A stretch of DNA of 63,541 nucleotides, the filler included, from Octopus bimaculoides (lineage: Eukaryota), in NCBI RefSeq assembly GCF_001194135.2. It is 8 parts of 7 records of this genome, joined end to end, with 100 filler letters (N's around TTAATTAATTAA, not from the genome) between each part and the next. Parts side by side here need not be neighbours in the genome. Positions count along the whole stretch, not along the records: positions 36,628 to 41,472 come from NC_068989.1; positions 41,573 to 47,085 come from NC_068985.1; positions 47,186 to 60,629 come from NC_068983.1; 5 more parts are not named here. The stretch is one strand, 5' to 3'. The notes under the pieces were generated by a model. That model was given only the letters and a program-made list of their open reading frames with translations, was not told the origin of the DNA and made no database searches. Made by a program: the position numbers and the translations under genes. Positions 38,851 to 52,599 of the stretch are shown in pieces. Positions within the stretch are counted from its first letter, which is position 1; each line of letters opens with the position of its first letter.

Positions 38851-40419
38851 CGCCTGCGCCTATCTAACAAATCCCTTTTAAAATTAGTTCAAATCCCGCA
38901 ACGGCCGATTAAGCTGACAGACTTAAACCGTCCCCCAGTTAAACCCGAACGCCTGGGGCTCTGGTTACCAGGAGGTGGTAGTTGGACAGAATTCATTCTG
39001 CTGCAAGTATTCGGGTCATCTCTCTGGTTCTAGGATATCCCCGCCCTCCGACCTGAATCAGATGCTTAGTAAAGCGTCACAGTTACTGGCTTCCTTCCTG
39101 ATTAAGACATAAAGTATAAAAACAAATCCTTCTTCTTATTTTTTTGTACGTGTGTTTCTGAATATGCGATGACTAATAGGGTTGTACTTGATATGGCCAA
39201 CAACGGAACAACATGGTGTCTTCATAAAACGACTTTCACATGACATTGAAGTTTTACTGTAGTTTGGTAGTTGATATCATAAGGTTTCATGATTACTTTT
39301 GAATGCTTTTGATATCGTCCATTTTAGGTAGTAAAATTGGCTGGTCGACTTGTTTTCTATTACCACTAAAACTATGCCACAAACCTAGTTTGTGTGTGAC
39401 AACGTAATTAAGATTGAAGATACAATGGTGGTTTGCAGCAGGGCTTTTTCGTTTTCCTGTCAGTACAGAAGATGAAACACTTTTGTTAATGCATTTCTGC
39501 AGCTGATATGTTTGTCAGTACATGCGTTTACAGAAACCCCTTGCATCTGACTTTATTGAATGTGACAAGGTCTTTCAAAATAGGGGATTTTATTGATACT
39601 TTTACTCACTGGCAAAATATTCCCTGACAAACAGTTAATAGAACAGATGAGAAATAAGAGGTGGGGATGTGCGTTAGCCATAATGGCGATGTATGTGTTA
39701 GCCATACTTCTTTGTTTGTCGTCATCGCCTTTGCTGTTGTTGTTATTGCTGCGTTTGTTTGACCCAGGTCAGATTTGAACCAGCAGATCAATGATCAAAC
39801 ACTTCTCAACTGTGACCATCGTGCCTTCCTGTTTCCGAAATTGGACTTCATTAATCAATGTGTCCTTATGTTTAGTAGAGCAAGGTAATATTTGTGAAAG
39901 ATTCGGCTGTTATTTCCAGCAGTTCGTAGAGAGCAAATATGCCGGGTTATTATTTAGATTGAATTTTGACCATCCTCTATGTGGACGTTCAACGTGCACG
40001 AAATAGCAACCAGCTTCCCTCAGCTGACAGACGTGATAAAAAGAAGGCAAAAACAAGATGATTACATCATAAATATAATCCAATTTTTGTAGATTCTGCG
40101 CGTCTGAGCTCTTCATGTCTTCGCCACGTGATCATATTAATTGGGTTTGTATTCAGCATTAAGGGTTTTAAGCGGAAGCCAAAAGAGACACAACAGGGAT
40201 TATAAGAGTTAACTTAGCGGTTCGGATTTAGAGTTCGATAGAATAATTACAAGACTTTAAAAACAAAAACAAAAGGTAAGTACTGGGGTCGATTCGTTCG
40301 ATTAAAACCGTTCAAGGAGGATACTCCAGCATGACCGCAGTTCAGTGATTGAAACAATTTAACGATAAAAAGATGAAGAGAGCAACAACAGACCCTAACA
40401 TCCTTAGCGCCAACAGTAA

Positions 40420-40518
40420 CAGCGCGAAGAAGAAGAAGAAGAAGAAGAAGAAGAAGAATAAGAAGAGAAAAAGGAGGAAGAAGACAAGAAAGGAGAGAAA
40501 GAAGAAAAAGTGAATGAG

Positions 40519-40550
<32 letters not shown>

Positions 40551-41060
40551 GAAGAAGAAGGAGAAGAAGAAAGAGAAGAAGCGGAAGGAGAAGAAAACGG
40601 AGAAGAAGAAGGAGAAGAAGAAGGAGAAGAAGACGAAGAAGAAGAAGAAGACGAAGGAGAAGACGAAGAAGGTGAAGAAGAAGAAAAAAAGAAGACGAAG
40701 AGGAAGAGGAAGAGGAAGAGGAAGAATAGGAAGGAGAAGAAAACGAAGGAGGAGAAGGGGAAGAAGGAGAAAACGAAGAAGAAGAAAAAGACGACGACGA
40801 CGAAGAAGAAGAAAAAGAAGAAGAAGAAGAAAAAGAGGAAGAAGAAGAAAAAGAAGAAGAAGAAGAAGAAAGAGAATAAGAGGAAGGAGAAGAAAACGAA
40901 GAAGGAGAAGAAGGAGAAGAAAACGAAAAAGAATAAGAAGAGGAAGGAGGGGAAGAAAAAGACAACGAAGAAGAAGAAGAAGAAGAAGAAGAAGAAGAAG
41001 AAGCACGAAGAAGAAGCAAGAAGAAGAAGAAGAAGAAGAAGATGATGATGATGAGGAAGA
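40420..41060. repeat. Compound (GAA/GGA/GAC)n purine-rich tract
   Basis: Direct inspection. Confidence 0.95.
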
Positions 41061-41656
41061 AGAAGAACAACAACGACAATAACACCACCATTATGAGCGG
41101 CAGCGGCAGCAGCGGTAGCAGTAGCAGCAGCACAACGGCAGCAGTAGCAAGGATGGTCGCAGCAATAACTATAACAAAACAGCAGCAGGAACAGTAAGAG
41201 CAACGACATTAACAGCGTGGGAAACAACAACAACAACAACAACAACAACAGCAGCAGCAGCAGCAGCAGCAAAGTTGACAGTATCAAAAACATCATTAAC
41301 TGGTTAAAACCTGCGTCGACAGAAGATATTTCTTTTTTTTTTATTTCATCAATTTCTGTTATGACAATTTAATTGACTTGAGATAATTACTTACAATTTA
41401 GAAATAATTAAAAACTCCAGCTGACAGATGTACAGCGAACATAGTCACGTGATTCTTCAACAACACCGCCCGNNNNNNNNNNNNNNNNNNNNNNNNNNNN
41501 NNNNNNNNNNNNNNNNTTAATTAATTAANNNNNNNNNNNNNNNNNNNNNNNNNNNNNNNNNNNNNNNNNNNNGAGGGTGGGTATAAGAGAGGGAAGGGGG
41601 ATTGAGAGATGGGGAAGGTGGGTATGGGGGGAGAAATAGAGGAAGAGAAAGAGAGG

Positions 41657-41807
41657 GCAGTATTTGGTGTTAGTGTATACGCAGATTTGTATGTTTGTTT
41701 TATGGATGCGTTTTTATGTCTAGATGCATGCATGTGTATTTATGTGCTAAATTTTTGGAAAGTTTTACATATCTTTACAGTTCCATTGATGGTTTGAATC
41801 TGTAGTC

Positions 41808-41810
<3 letters not shown>
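41657..41810 (-). mobile_element. Apparently identical copy of the terminal 154 bp of the REL LINE at 42530
   Basis: Base-for-base match by eye to 42530-42683. Confidence 0.85.
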
Positions 41811-41855
<45 letters not shown>

Positions 41856-41974
41856 AGATATAGATATAGATATATGTATATATATTTACGTATGTATGTA
41901 TGTGTGTGTATATACATACATGCATACATACATACATGCATGCATACATACATACATGCATGCATGCATACATG

Positions 41975-42005
<31 letters not shown>

Positions 42006-42018
42006 GCATACATGCATA

Positions 42019-42215
42019 TAGGAGGGGTGCTGAAAAGTTCCTGGCTTTGGGTAAACGGAAATACAGGAGGATTAGTCATCTATGATTTTATACAACATAT
42101 TCTTCTCTTAGATTCACACACTTATTGCAGCGGTCCTTCAATTTTTCTAACCCCTGTAAAAGAACACGGAAGTTTGGGCCTCCAGCCATACCTTTCACGA
42201 TATCCTGAAAGCACC
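42019..42215 (-). mobile_element. Mariner 3' end fragment
   Basis: TA+GGAGGGGTGCTGAAAAGTTCC TIR; minus GLEKLKDRCNKCVNLREEYVV* (cf. GI.KL..RW.KC....GEYVE). Confidence 0.8.
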
Positions 42216-42529
42216 GGAAATTTTCATTAACCACAGAAATATAACAGAAATAGAGAGCCCGCCTCATAAGTATGTATGTCACTATTCACTTTATTTCAGG
42301 ATCTCTTACTAATAGAGAAAGAGCCGGTTTCTAACCTAGATCCAAGACTCCAGCATTGAAATTTCAACATCAACAACAGAGTATTTTTCTATGTATGTTA
42401 TCAATCAGTTTCATTTCTGTATTTCTTGTCCATAGAGAAAGAGCCGGACTCTAACATAGATTCAAGGCTCCTTCATTGGAACTTTTATCAACATCATCTA
42501 GGTATTTGTGCATATGTGTGTGTGTGTGT

Positions 42530-42995
42530 GCAGTATTTGGTGTTAGTGTATACGCAGATTTGTATGTTTGTTTTATGGATGCGTTTTTATGTCTAGATGC
42601 ATGCATGTGTATTTATGTGCTAAATTTTTGGAAAGTTTTACATATCTTTACAGTTCCATTGATGGTTTGAATCTGTAGTCTTCTAATCAGCCTTTTTCTT
42701 TCAGGTTTTGAGAACCCTAATTTTTCCAGGTTTTTGTTGAGGCAGTTTGTTACATATCCCAATGCCCCAACAATCACGGGTATGAATCTGAACTTGTAGT
42801 CTGGGTGGAGTATCTGCAAATTTCTCAGTAGCTCGGCGTAGTTGTTCTCTTTTTCTCTAATCTTTAGTGGGATGTTGACATCCGCAGGACAGCTGATTTC
42901 TACTACTGTACAGAGTTTCTCTTCTCTGTCCCAGATTACTATATCCGGTCTATTATGTCTGCACTTTATTGAGGTTTTTATTGGGATATTCCAAT
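42530..42995 (-). mobile_element. Restriction-like endonuclease (REL) LINE 3' end (R2/R4/NeSL/CRE group)
   Basis: WNIPIKTSIKCRHNRPDIVIWDREEKLCTVVEISCPADVNIPLKIREKENNY..FIPVIVGALG contains the PD-(D/E)xK-type RPD..E motif; stop codon and 3' UTR follow. Confidence 0.9.
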
Positions 42996-43249
42996 GTATG
43001 TATGTATGTATGTATGTATGTATGTATGTGTGTGTGTGTGTATGTATATATGTATGTATGTATGCGCGCAAATTTGTATGTTTCGTTTTATGTATGTCTT
43101 CTCATGCATATACTTGCATATCTAGACACACTCATATACACTTAAATTACACTGAACCGCAAAAGAAACGCGATTTTTTCAAATGTCATTTTTATATGGT
43201 AAATTCTGAAACTTTATTGCAGGGATGTAAGTGTAAATATTTGAAGACA

Positions 43250-43760
43250 TGCTAGTTTATACTCTCCTCCAGACAGCTTGGTACGTAACATGTTGTTCCA
43301 ATGATAATAGGTATAAAGCTGAAAGTGTATCTTGGGTACTAGATTTGCAAATTCCTCTTGCATTTTTCAAACCACATTCGTGTCCAGGAGGCATCTGATT
43401 TCCTCAGCAGTACATACTTTTCTCCTTGTGGTCCAACACAACAATATCTAGTCGGTTGTGTTTTAATTTGGTGGCTGTTTTAATTTTTAAGTTACATCAA
43501 TATTATTTTGGCGTATCGGTCTGTATATAGTCAACATCGTCCTTAGGATTCCTTTCTTTTTTTTTTTTTTTGTTTTGTTATCCTGTGCCTCATAGGAAGA
43601 TAATATCTGGAAGACATTCTCTTGCAGTTTGTCGATGCCTTGCACAACCTACACTTGTCTGTCAATGGTTTCAACCTTTCTTGCTGTGGGTACTTGGCTG
43701 GGTTCTCTTGAAAGAAAGTAGCTTTCGAAGTGGCATATCATAAACATGCCGGTAGTCCAT
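43250..43760 (-). mobile_element. Older, degenerate copy of the same REL LINE family
   Basis: Minus HNRLDIVVLDHKEK..NLQI.YPRYTFSFIPIIIG across frameshifts. Confidence 0.55.
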
Positions 43761-43898
43761 GATCAGTTCCTAGAGTGTATGTATGTGTGTGTGTATGTCG
43801 TTATTCAGATTTATTTCAAGATTTCATAACAAATGTATGCAATTACGTATGCTTGTATATATGTATGTATGTATGTATGTATGCATGTATGTATGTAT

Positions 43899-44312
43899 AA
43901 GCAGATGTTCTATGGAGAACTTGTGAATGGAAGGAGATTCCGGCAGAAACCAAGGCTGCGATTTAAGGACTGTGTCAAGTCCTCATTAAAGGCTTGTGAA
44001 ATACAGGACACTGACTGGGAGAACAATGCCTGTCATCACCACAGATGGAGGAAGCAGGTTAAGGAGGCGATCACATTTTTGAGAGAGCACGTATGCAGCA
44101 TGAAGAACTTAAGCGTGCTGTGCGAAAGCGAACGGCTCGTATAGTGAATGGGGAAAGCTTGGTCTGCAATGTTTGCAGTCGTGTATGCTTGTCAAGAGCA
44201 GGGCTCATTAGCCACCAATGGAGCCGCAAATGCAAAATATAAGTTAGTCCTAAAGCGCACAATGTTCCTGAAAGTCGGCAATGGTCTTCCTCGGTCACGA
44301 GTGGACGGCCAT
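43899..44312 (+). mobile_element. RTE/BovB-like LINE 3' end
   Basis: QMFYGELVNGRR..KPRLRFKDCVKSSLKAC..WENNA...WRKQV, then a C2H2-like LVCNVCSRVCLSRAGLISHQWSRKCKI*. Flanked by (TGTA)n on both sides. Confidence 0.9.
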
Positions 44313-45230
44313 CATGTATGTATGTATGTATGTATGTATGTATGTATATATGTACGTACATCAGTGTATGTGCGTACATCTCTGCTTGACAACCGTTATT
44401 GGTTTACTTATAGCTCCCTGTCTTGGCTATTCTGCAAAAAGAAACTGAACTGATATAATAAGCGTTAGACTCAAATAAAACTGCAGTCGATTTTAACGGC
44501 TAGAGACTTTGAAACAGTGTTCTAGTATGACCGTAGTACAGTGCCAGAAACAAGTAAAGCAATACAGATTAACTAAAGGGAATAAAAGAAGAAATAGAAA
44601 AGAGGAAAAAAAGTTAAAAGCAAAATATAAACGATCCTAAAAGCCTTTAGTTTGGTAAAAGATTTTAAAATTTTAGGAATTCTATAAATTGATTGTAGGA
44701 AAGAATTGAGATGCTGGCTATCAAATGTTGTCTCAACATTCTAATGGCAAAAATACAGAGATATCCTTTTCTGACAACATACACGTATAATAAATTTTCA
44801 TAGAGTTTGAAGGTACATTCCTAAGACACTTCTGCATGTAGTGTAGTAATTCGAAAGAGCTCTTGGGAATACTTAAATAACTATTTCAGAATTCCTACAC
44901 GAAGGCACTTGAGAAATCTTGCGAGTAGAATATGAAGCAAAATGTATTTTTAAATGAGTTCTCTGGTGGAAATGAATATATATCTTATTTTATCAATGTC
45001 TCATTGAATTCTTCAAAGATTTCATGGCTCTTCTCTTTTTTTTTTCTTTTTTTTTTTTTGATGGAAATTATTTATGCAATGTATGTTTCAACAGATATAA
45101 AGAAATATGTATGTGTATTAGGTTGTATTTGTGTATCTGTAACTTGCATGTGTATACATTAAGCAATTTATATTAACATGTAACTTATAGGCTTAAACAC
45201 ATCCATTTCACACACACATATACGCATGAG

Positions 45231-45291
<61 letters not shown>

Positions 45292-46062
45292 GCATATATA
45301 TGTATATTCATTCATATGATATATTTATGTATATATGTTCATATGTTTTATTCGTTTAAGTCCAAAGGCTGCGGCCATACTCAACCATTTTTTCTCTGTG
45401 AGTTGTGAGTTGTATTGTTGTATCAGTCCTCTTTAGCCCATTTGGAATAATAATGTTCCAAAATTCCTCTTTATAAACATTTCAAAACTGTCTCAGCCTA
45501 ATCGTCAGGATGTGGAGCGATGTTTGCTTACGTAGTGCTTTGTTTAGAAAGAGCAGTTTATATTTATTCAGGCTTTACAGCTAGTATTCTGTTTCAATAG
45601 ACATTATTAGTACTTGATCATTAGAATGTTTGATTTACGTCATCAGATTTGCACATTTCCGTTAGATTTCCACATCACACAATTCGTATTTTGGCCTTAG
45701 AACTTCACGTTGCTGGCGAACTGTTTATCTTGTGTGCGTCGTGTGTATGTCGCGTTTTAATTGTAACTGTGTGCTGTGATATGGATATTGGTTCCATAAT
45801 CAATCGTATTTTTCTGAAGATTTCTACAAAATATGAATGTATTATATAAATGCTTTTCTGCCTGGCTTCGTTTTACGGTGTGTGATATAGTCTGTTGCAA
45901 TGTACTCTTGTTCTAAATACATCGTGAGTTTCCAAAGGAATGTTGTGCTTGTATGGCCGAAGTATCAGTCAGAATCCTTAAGTTTATGATCTTTTCATTT
46001 CAGATCTGATACGTAGCTACCAAAGAAACGCGCGTGTGATGATGATGATGATGATGATGATG

Positions 46063-46100
<38 letters not shown>

Positions 46101-46686
46101 GTAATAATGGTAGCATGGATATTCTACTTAGATGCGTGTAACTTAACTCCAACTGCAATGTCTTCTCTACTAACCCCACCACCAGCACATAAGCCATCTT
46201 CGCACCACCATTTTCGCTAGTGACTAACACCCCTGCGAATACCACCCAGCAGCTAACACTGCATCAGCACCATCACTACGATTAGAACCACTACCGCGAA
46301 TGCCATGCCATAACAATCATCTAACTAGTCACCATCACCATTGCCGTCAGTACTATACGCACCAACGCCTTCCTTGCCCATCTAATATCAATCTTACTGT
46401 GACATGACTAGCACCAACATTACTAGCAACAAAAAACAACAATAATACCATCAATAACACAATTATCAACGACACCATCACCACCACCACCTCCACTTGC
46501 ATTAACTCAACCACGCATCCTATCACCCCTACAACCACTGCTACCAATTCTTCACCTTCAATAGGATTATAATGGTTTCCTTGCCATTAAAAATGTCACC
46601 AAAATCTTTATAATACAAAGAGAAATATATACGTAAATACATACACACATACATATAGATATATATATACATATATATGCATATAC

Positions 46687-46722
<36 letters not shown>

Positions 46723-47208
46723 ATAATGTGTGCGTGTATACATATATATGGCTTGTGTATGTATAGTACACGCATAATCACACATACACACACACACATA
46801 TATAGAGGGAAAACAAACAAAATCCTTTAAAAATAGCTTGATAGTTTTAAAGGCTTTATTTCTCCTTGTTACAGGATTGTCGTAAAACGGGGTTACACAT
46901 AAGGTTAGGTGAAAAGCAACAACAACAACAAAAACAACAAGTTAGGAACGAAACATAATGTGTTTGTGCTCTTTTATTAATTCCTATGGTTTATGGAGTT
47001 AAAAGCAGTGGTTAGTGCTGTCACACATAAACACACACACACATATACACACATAGATGTACATATATATATATATATATATATANNNNNNNNNNNNNNN
47101 NNNNNNNNNNNNNNNNNNNNNNNNNNNNNTTAATTAATTAANNNNNNNNNNNNNNNNNNNNNNNNNNNNNNNNNNNNNNNNNNNNATATATATATATATA
47201 TATATATA

Positions 47209-47505
47209 CCGCCTGACTGGCCTTGTAGGGTTTTCGAGCGAGATCGTTGCCAGTGCTCCTGGACTGGCTCTTGTGCGGGTGGCACATAAAAGACACCATT
47301 TTGAGCGTGGCTGTTTTCGTGCGGGTGACACGTAAAAGCACCCACTACACTCTCTGAGTGGTTGGCGTTAGGAAGGGCATCCAGCTGTAGAAACTCTGCC
47401 AAATTAGTTTGGAGCCTGGTGTTGCCATCCGGTTTCACCAGTCTTCAGTCAAATCGTCCAACCCATGCTAGCATGGAAGGCGGACGTTAAACGATGATGA
47501 TGATG
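47209..47505 (+). mobile_element. SINE / non-autonomous retroposon with RTE-type 3' tail
   Basis: Ends ...GTTGGCGTTAGGAAGGGCATCCAGC...CCCATGCTAGCATGGAAGGCGGACGTTAAACGATGATGATG. A degenerate copy of the same tail lies at about 9660-9745. Confidence 0.75.
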
Positions 47506-48575
47506 TGCAAAGTTAAGGTGAATGAATGGTTAATATTCTCAGAAAGTTTAACACATTCCTGAGTAGGAGCCTCAGAAATATGCTAAAAATTAGATATCCA
47601 GAAATTTTGGCCAACAAAGACCTCTCAAAGCCAAGCAGAAACCCATCAGCTAAAAATAAAGAGACATGTGATTATGGATAGGCCATATGCTAAAAGAGTT
47701 GTTTGGTTTGGCAAGCTTAGAGTGAAACCCAGAAAAGGAAAGGAAGCAGGATATCCAAAGATCAGCAGAAGAGGAACTGAAGACGAAAAGCATAAGACAA
47801 CACATTAAGAAGACTACTGTGAGAACCTACATTCTGCCTGAAATCCAAACAGGCCTTAATAATAATAATAATAATAATAATGTACATTATTTTTTTTGTT
47901 GAAGAAATGTCATTAATTTTCAATATTCTTTGTACTATGCTGCCCAACACTGTCTCTGATAGTCACCCACACTCCTTTCACTACTGGGCCATACCACCCA
48001 TGTAATAAGAGATAACACTGAACCCAGTCAAGCCAAACTGATCAAAACATTGTGTAAGTATAAATATGTATTGTGAAAATAAAGTTTTTCATCTGGGAAA
48101 TTATTACTCAATAGTCAAAAAACTCTTCATACTAATAGTCAACATATTCTCCCTCATCCTCTCCAACTCCTTCAACCCAATGTCTCTGAGTCTTGTCATA
48201 TAACTGTTCTCTTCAGTGATGATAGGAAAAACTAGGGTGTACACATCCCACTTTCTTCTGTCGTCACTATCTGCAATTCAGTCTCCTGCTCACACTGCAC
48301 TGAATGAACAGACACAATATAGCTTAGAGTAAGGCCTAGTATTAGAGGGTAGAAGGCAACCTCAACAGTGCTGGTGCCATGATAAAATGCACCCAGTACC
48401 CTATAAACTGGATAGTAAACAGAGATAGCATAGGATCGAGAGGACCCGTTCGTCTTGTTGATTTCATAAACTCTGTAGTGCTGATACCATGATAAAACAT
48501 ACAATCCACTCTGCAAGGTGGTTGGTATAGGAAGAGTATTCAGCTAAGGAAATCAAGGTAAAATTAATCACATAC

Positions 48576-48597
48576 AATTCATAGTCCTCCAATTCAT
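48576..48597 (-). CDS. Candidate 22-nt microexon of an unidentified minus-strand gene
   Basis: Minus strand reads gtttgttcttatttggatttgttgcccttttag|ATGAATTGGAGGACTATGAATT|gtatgtg. Open frames are (D)ELEDYE(L/F) or MNWRTMN. Phase-compatible with 55564-55589. Confidence 0.4.
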
Positions 48598-48999
48598 CTA
48601 AAAGGGCAACAAATCCAAATAAGAACAAACACTGGGATGAACAAAAATGGATGTCAAGCAAATTTAATCTATGCTATTTAGTTCCATCTTGGATACACAT
48701 TTGGACTGTGTGGAGCTAGCTGTTAGAAGATGGGGTGTGCAAAAGCCTTGCAAACCTGCTCAAACACTTTCAGTTGTCTGAGAAGTACTGACTGGGTTTT
48801 CCAAATGTACCAGTGTAGACATGGACAAACTACAAGTCATATCTAGATATAATATTTTGCAGACCAAATAGATAAGGATGGTATAAGTTGTCCACTTTTT
48901 AAAATTGACAGCTACACAGACCACAAATTTGTGATCTACACAGTCAACTTAGACTTCAAAGGAGGGATCTGGGTACTGGAGGCTGAACACATCATTCCT

Positions 49000-51430
49000 G
49001 ATGTGCCAAACTTACAGAGACCAAATTAATTAAGTTGGCATTGGCGGCTCAGTTGTCAACAACAAATGGTGTGTTAGAAAGGAATAAAATAGAGGGAAAC
49101 TTAGAAGTGGTACTTAGGAAAGGCATTGCAACTGATGTGCTGGTGGTGATTCTTCAATGCTGGACCAATTCTTCAATGCTAAGTATGAAGGATGCATTGT
49201 CAGAGCTAAGGTGCATGCTTAAGAAACAAGAGAGCGAAAGCCGCTTGATGGGCCACAATAGCAGAGGTCCGTGACAACAAAACCACAATTCAGTCTTTGG
49301 TGGGCCAAAATGGTTGCATGGTACTTGAGCTTGAGTAGATGTGAGCGGCATTTTAACAGCATGGACTTCAACAGCTAGTTATGACATTCTTAGCAAGCGG
49401 GTATGAGACATTGTGACATGCCAATAACAGCCAAGGAAATATGAGAAGCAATGATGAGCTTAATGGTGGGTAAATCACCTAGTTTGGATGGTCTGCCCTA
49501 CGAACTTTACTTTTATATGCCAGACTTGTTTGTTGACCTCTTAGCAGACATCTACTATAATTAGCAACAGAATGGGAAAATTCTTAGTTCTGTGAGTTGA
49601 GTAGTGGCACTACTGAGAAAGGATCCAAACAAAGGGGATCAATTAGAAAGTTGATAATTAGAAAGCCCATAATGTTGCTGAATGCAGATTTAAAAATCTG
49701 GGCCAAGATGTTCACAAAGAGGTTGATGTTTGTTGTCAAAGTATTGATTGGTGATGCACAAACATGCACCATCCCAAGCATATCCATCCATGGCAACCTC
49801 CACCTCATGCAATGTATCAAAGACAGGGTGGGTAAAGGACCTGGCATGGGTAGGGCCTTGATAAGTTTGAATCAATCTAAAGCCTGTGATAGGGTCAACT
49901 ACTAATACTTGGCAGCTGGTTTTGGTCGCATTTTCTGTGGGTGGATCACCACAATGTACAGCAACATCTGCTTGGTAGTTTGAGTGAAATGTTACCATTC
50001 AGTATCATGCACTCAGTCCATCAAGGGTGTCTGCTCCCATCTCTTCTGCATATACAAGTTCTAGAGCAAACTACTGCAGAAATTGGAGGTGCTGAGAGGC
50101 ATCCTGTGCAAACTAGGGTGTGGGAGAACTGTGTCAACACAGGCAGATGACCTCACCATTATAGTGTTCAACACTAGGCTCTTAGGCCTAGTTGGCACTG
50201 CTTTAAAGGAATACATTGCAGTGACAGGAGAAAAGTCAGTGGACCTTCAGCTTAGCACCTGGAGAGACAGGTCCATGCTATCCAATAAGGTGGAATGCTG
50301 GACAGAGAGACTGGTTAAATTGCTCAGGGTCTGGTTTGATCTGAATTTCCAGCTGGAGGAGAACTTGGATGAGGTGATGAGCAAAATAGCCAATCTAACC
50401 TAGAAATGGGCTTAGAGAAAACTATCCCTGAAAGGTCAGGCAGAGGTGGCGAATGCATACATTGCCTCCATTATATATTACCACCTGACCATTGTGCCTT
50501 AGCCTAGTTTATGTCTGATCGAACTGGAATGCACACTCTTCCATTCTACTGGTCAGGCACTCCATGTGAATGGAGGGACTGACATGCTGCAGCTGCTGAT
50601 GCACTGAGGCTATGACATCTCCAGCGCTTCCTTGATGGTGAGCAGGTATGGTCACTGTTTGTCAGGATTTTCCATGCCTCATCTCTTTGACTGAGCTGCA
50701 ATCTTGGATCATGCAAAGACTGAAGCAAGGTACCTAGCATCTAGAGTGTTGTCAGGCACTCACAGTCCTCTATCAGTTGGGCAATGCAATTAGTAGAAGT
50801 TGCAATTTGGCATTCTGTAGAAGGTTAGTGGTAGGTAAGTATAATAACATTCTTGGAGAGGCTCTGGGTGCCAATGAGAATCAACTGGTTGGTCTGTACT
50901 GGAGGCCAGGGACTATGAATAATTTCTAGAAATTCTTAACCTGACAGTGCTACTGGAGGGTATTGCCACTTGGGATAGTCTTTACAGGCATGAAAGTGAC
51001 ATCAGCCAGGCTTACCTGAGATGCTTGCAGAGCAACAAAACTGTTCTGCATACTCTCATCCAAGCATTGCTGACTGGTGGATGTATGTTGAACACCTGCT
51101 GTTATGAGCAGGATGGATCCAGCTATTAGCTGAGTCCATTGTGAAGATAATCCTACAGCCTTCCTTTGGCCAGAATGGACAGACAATATTTCTTTGACTG
51201 GTGACCTTAAGCAAAAGAGGTTATGTGGTGGACCAGATTGAAAGGGCTAAAGACAAATATGTTCCTCTTTGGTCAAGCCCCCATCAACTTTTTCAAGTTT
51301 CACTTGAAAAGAAGAGTGAGAGTAGAGAGGGAAGTGTTGCCTCCCAGCACTTTGGTTGAAAGGTGGGTGAATGTTGTAAGAATGGCCAACTCTAAGCATG
51401 TGCCTGTTGGTTGAAGGAGGATGATGTGGA
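49000..51430 (+). mobile_element. Tx1/L1-like LINE ORF2 remnant, copy 1
   Basis: Fragments KSPSLDGLPYELY, RKPIMLLNADLKIWAKMFTKRL..IGDAQTCTIPSISIHGNLHLM, QGCLLPSLL and STQADDLTII are RT motifs of Tx1-type elements; frameshifted, with stops. Confidence 0.85.
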
Positions 51431-51969
51431 GACGGCACTTAGCCTAGTGGTCAGAGCAGCCATACTTTTGTGGGATCTCCATGAGCAGCCCTAGGAAGTC
51501 TCCATCTTTTGGGAAATTATTCATTGTTACAATTTTATATTGTTACTATATTTCAACTTTTTAGGTGCCTTTTATATAAGCCCACATTGTATTATCCTGT
51601 ACTGTCCCTAGTGTCTTGTTTTGTGAACCTTTAGTAGTTAATAAAGAAAACATTATTATTATGGCTACCATTTTGGAAAGACTTGAAGTTCCATAAGTTG
51701 TGTTTTTAATCCTTTTGACCTTCTAAGGCTCTATTCTTTCATTTTTATTGTCATCACCTTGTTTCTGACATTGTCTGGACTGCACTGATAGTAGTTTTGT
51801 TTAGAAACACGCCCTGTTTTGCAGGAGGTGCACATCAATATTTTTTAAACTTTCACCAACTATTGGAAAAAGCAAATACTTTGCTAGTTTCCATATATAT
51901 TGAATGGCTGATAAAAAAGTAATCATAATGTTCGATGATGAGATGCATTTCGTGTAGGAAAAAACAGAG

Positions 51970-52570
51970 AATACTGGCGTAGCATTGACTACAGTAAATG
52001 ACGTCACCGCCATGCCAGCAAAAACAAAAACCGAGTCTAATACATTTTCATCTCTAAGCAATGTCAAAACTGTAAAGCAGCAACTTTCTAACACATTTGA
52101 TGATGACAACAACAACAACAGAAACATCAACAATACCAATATTGAAGTGAAACCTAGAGAAAGAAATATAAACAAAGAAAATTCTGAAAGCAACACGAAC
52201 ATGACCACTGCCACCAATACTACCTCCACTGCAGCTGCTAAAGTAGCTACAGCCATGGTGACAAGGGATGCCGGAAAGGGGATTTCTTCTATGAATGTTA
52301 TAAGAAATCTGGAAGATTTCCCCATAGACAAAGAAGTGAAACTAGCCAGAAGATTTGCAAAAAAAAAAAAATGGAGGGATAGTAGTCCTCAACCCTCCAT
52401 CTGATGTGATCAAAAACATCTTGAGATGCATGGTTACATACCGCTGCATCAGAATAAAATCACATCGGATGGAAAATCCTTCCGAGAACCAAATCCAAAA
52501 ATGCCTTGGGTGCATGTGGGAACACAAGGCCCACATGTGTGGTAGTTTGGTTGGGGAAGTGATGGCTTGA
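51970..52570 (+). mobile_element. Probable ORF1 (gag-like) remnant of Tx1-like copy 2
   Basis: N/T-rich low-complexity ORF 51985-52404, followed by degenerate zinc-knuckle-like YRCIRIKSH and CLGCMWEHKAHMC, directly upstream of the RT remnant. Confidence 0.45.
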
Positions 52571-52599
52571 CGACCGTAGAAGACTTTATTTTGTACCTG

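Noticed and set aside
40247-41296. Long 349-aa, 263-aa and poly-R ORFs
   Set aside because: Pure translations of (GAA)n-type repeats.
51985-52404. Host gene ORF (139 aa)
   Set aside because: Low complexity, and continuous with a zinc-knuckle-like segment and Tx1 RT; treated as LINE ORF1.
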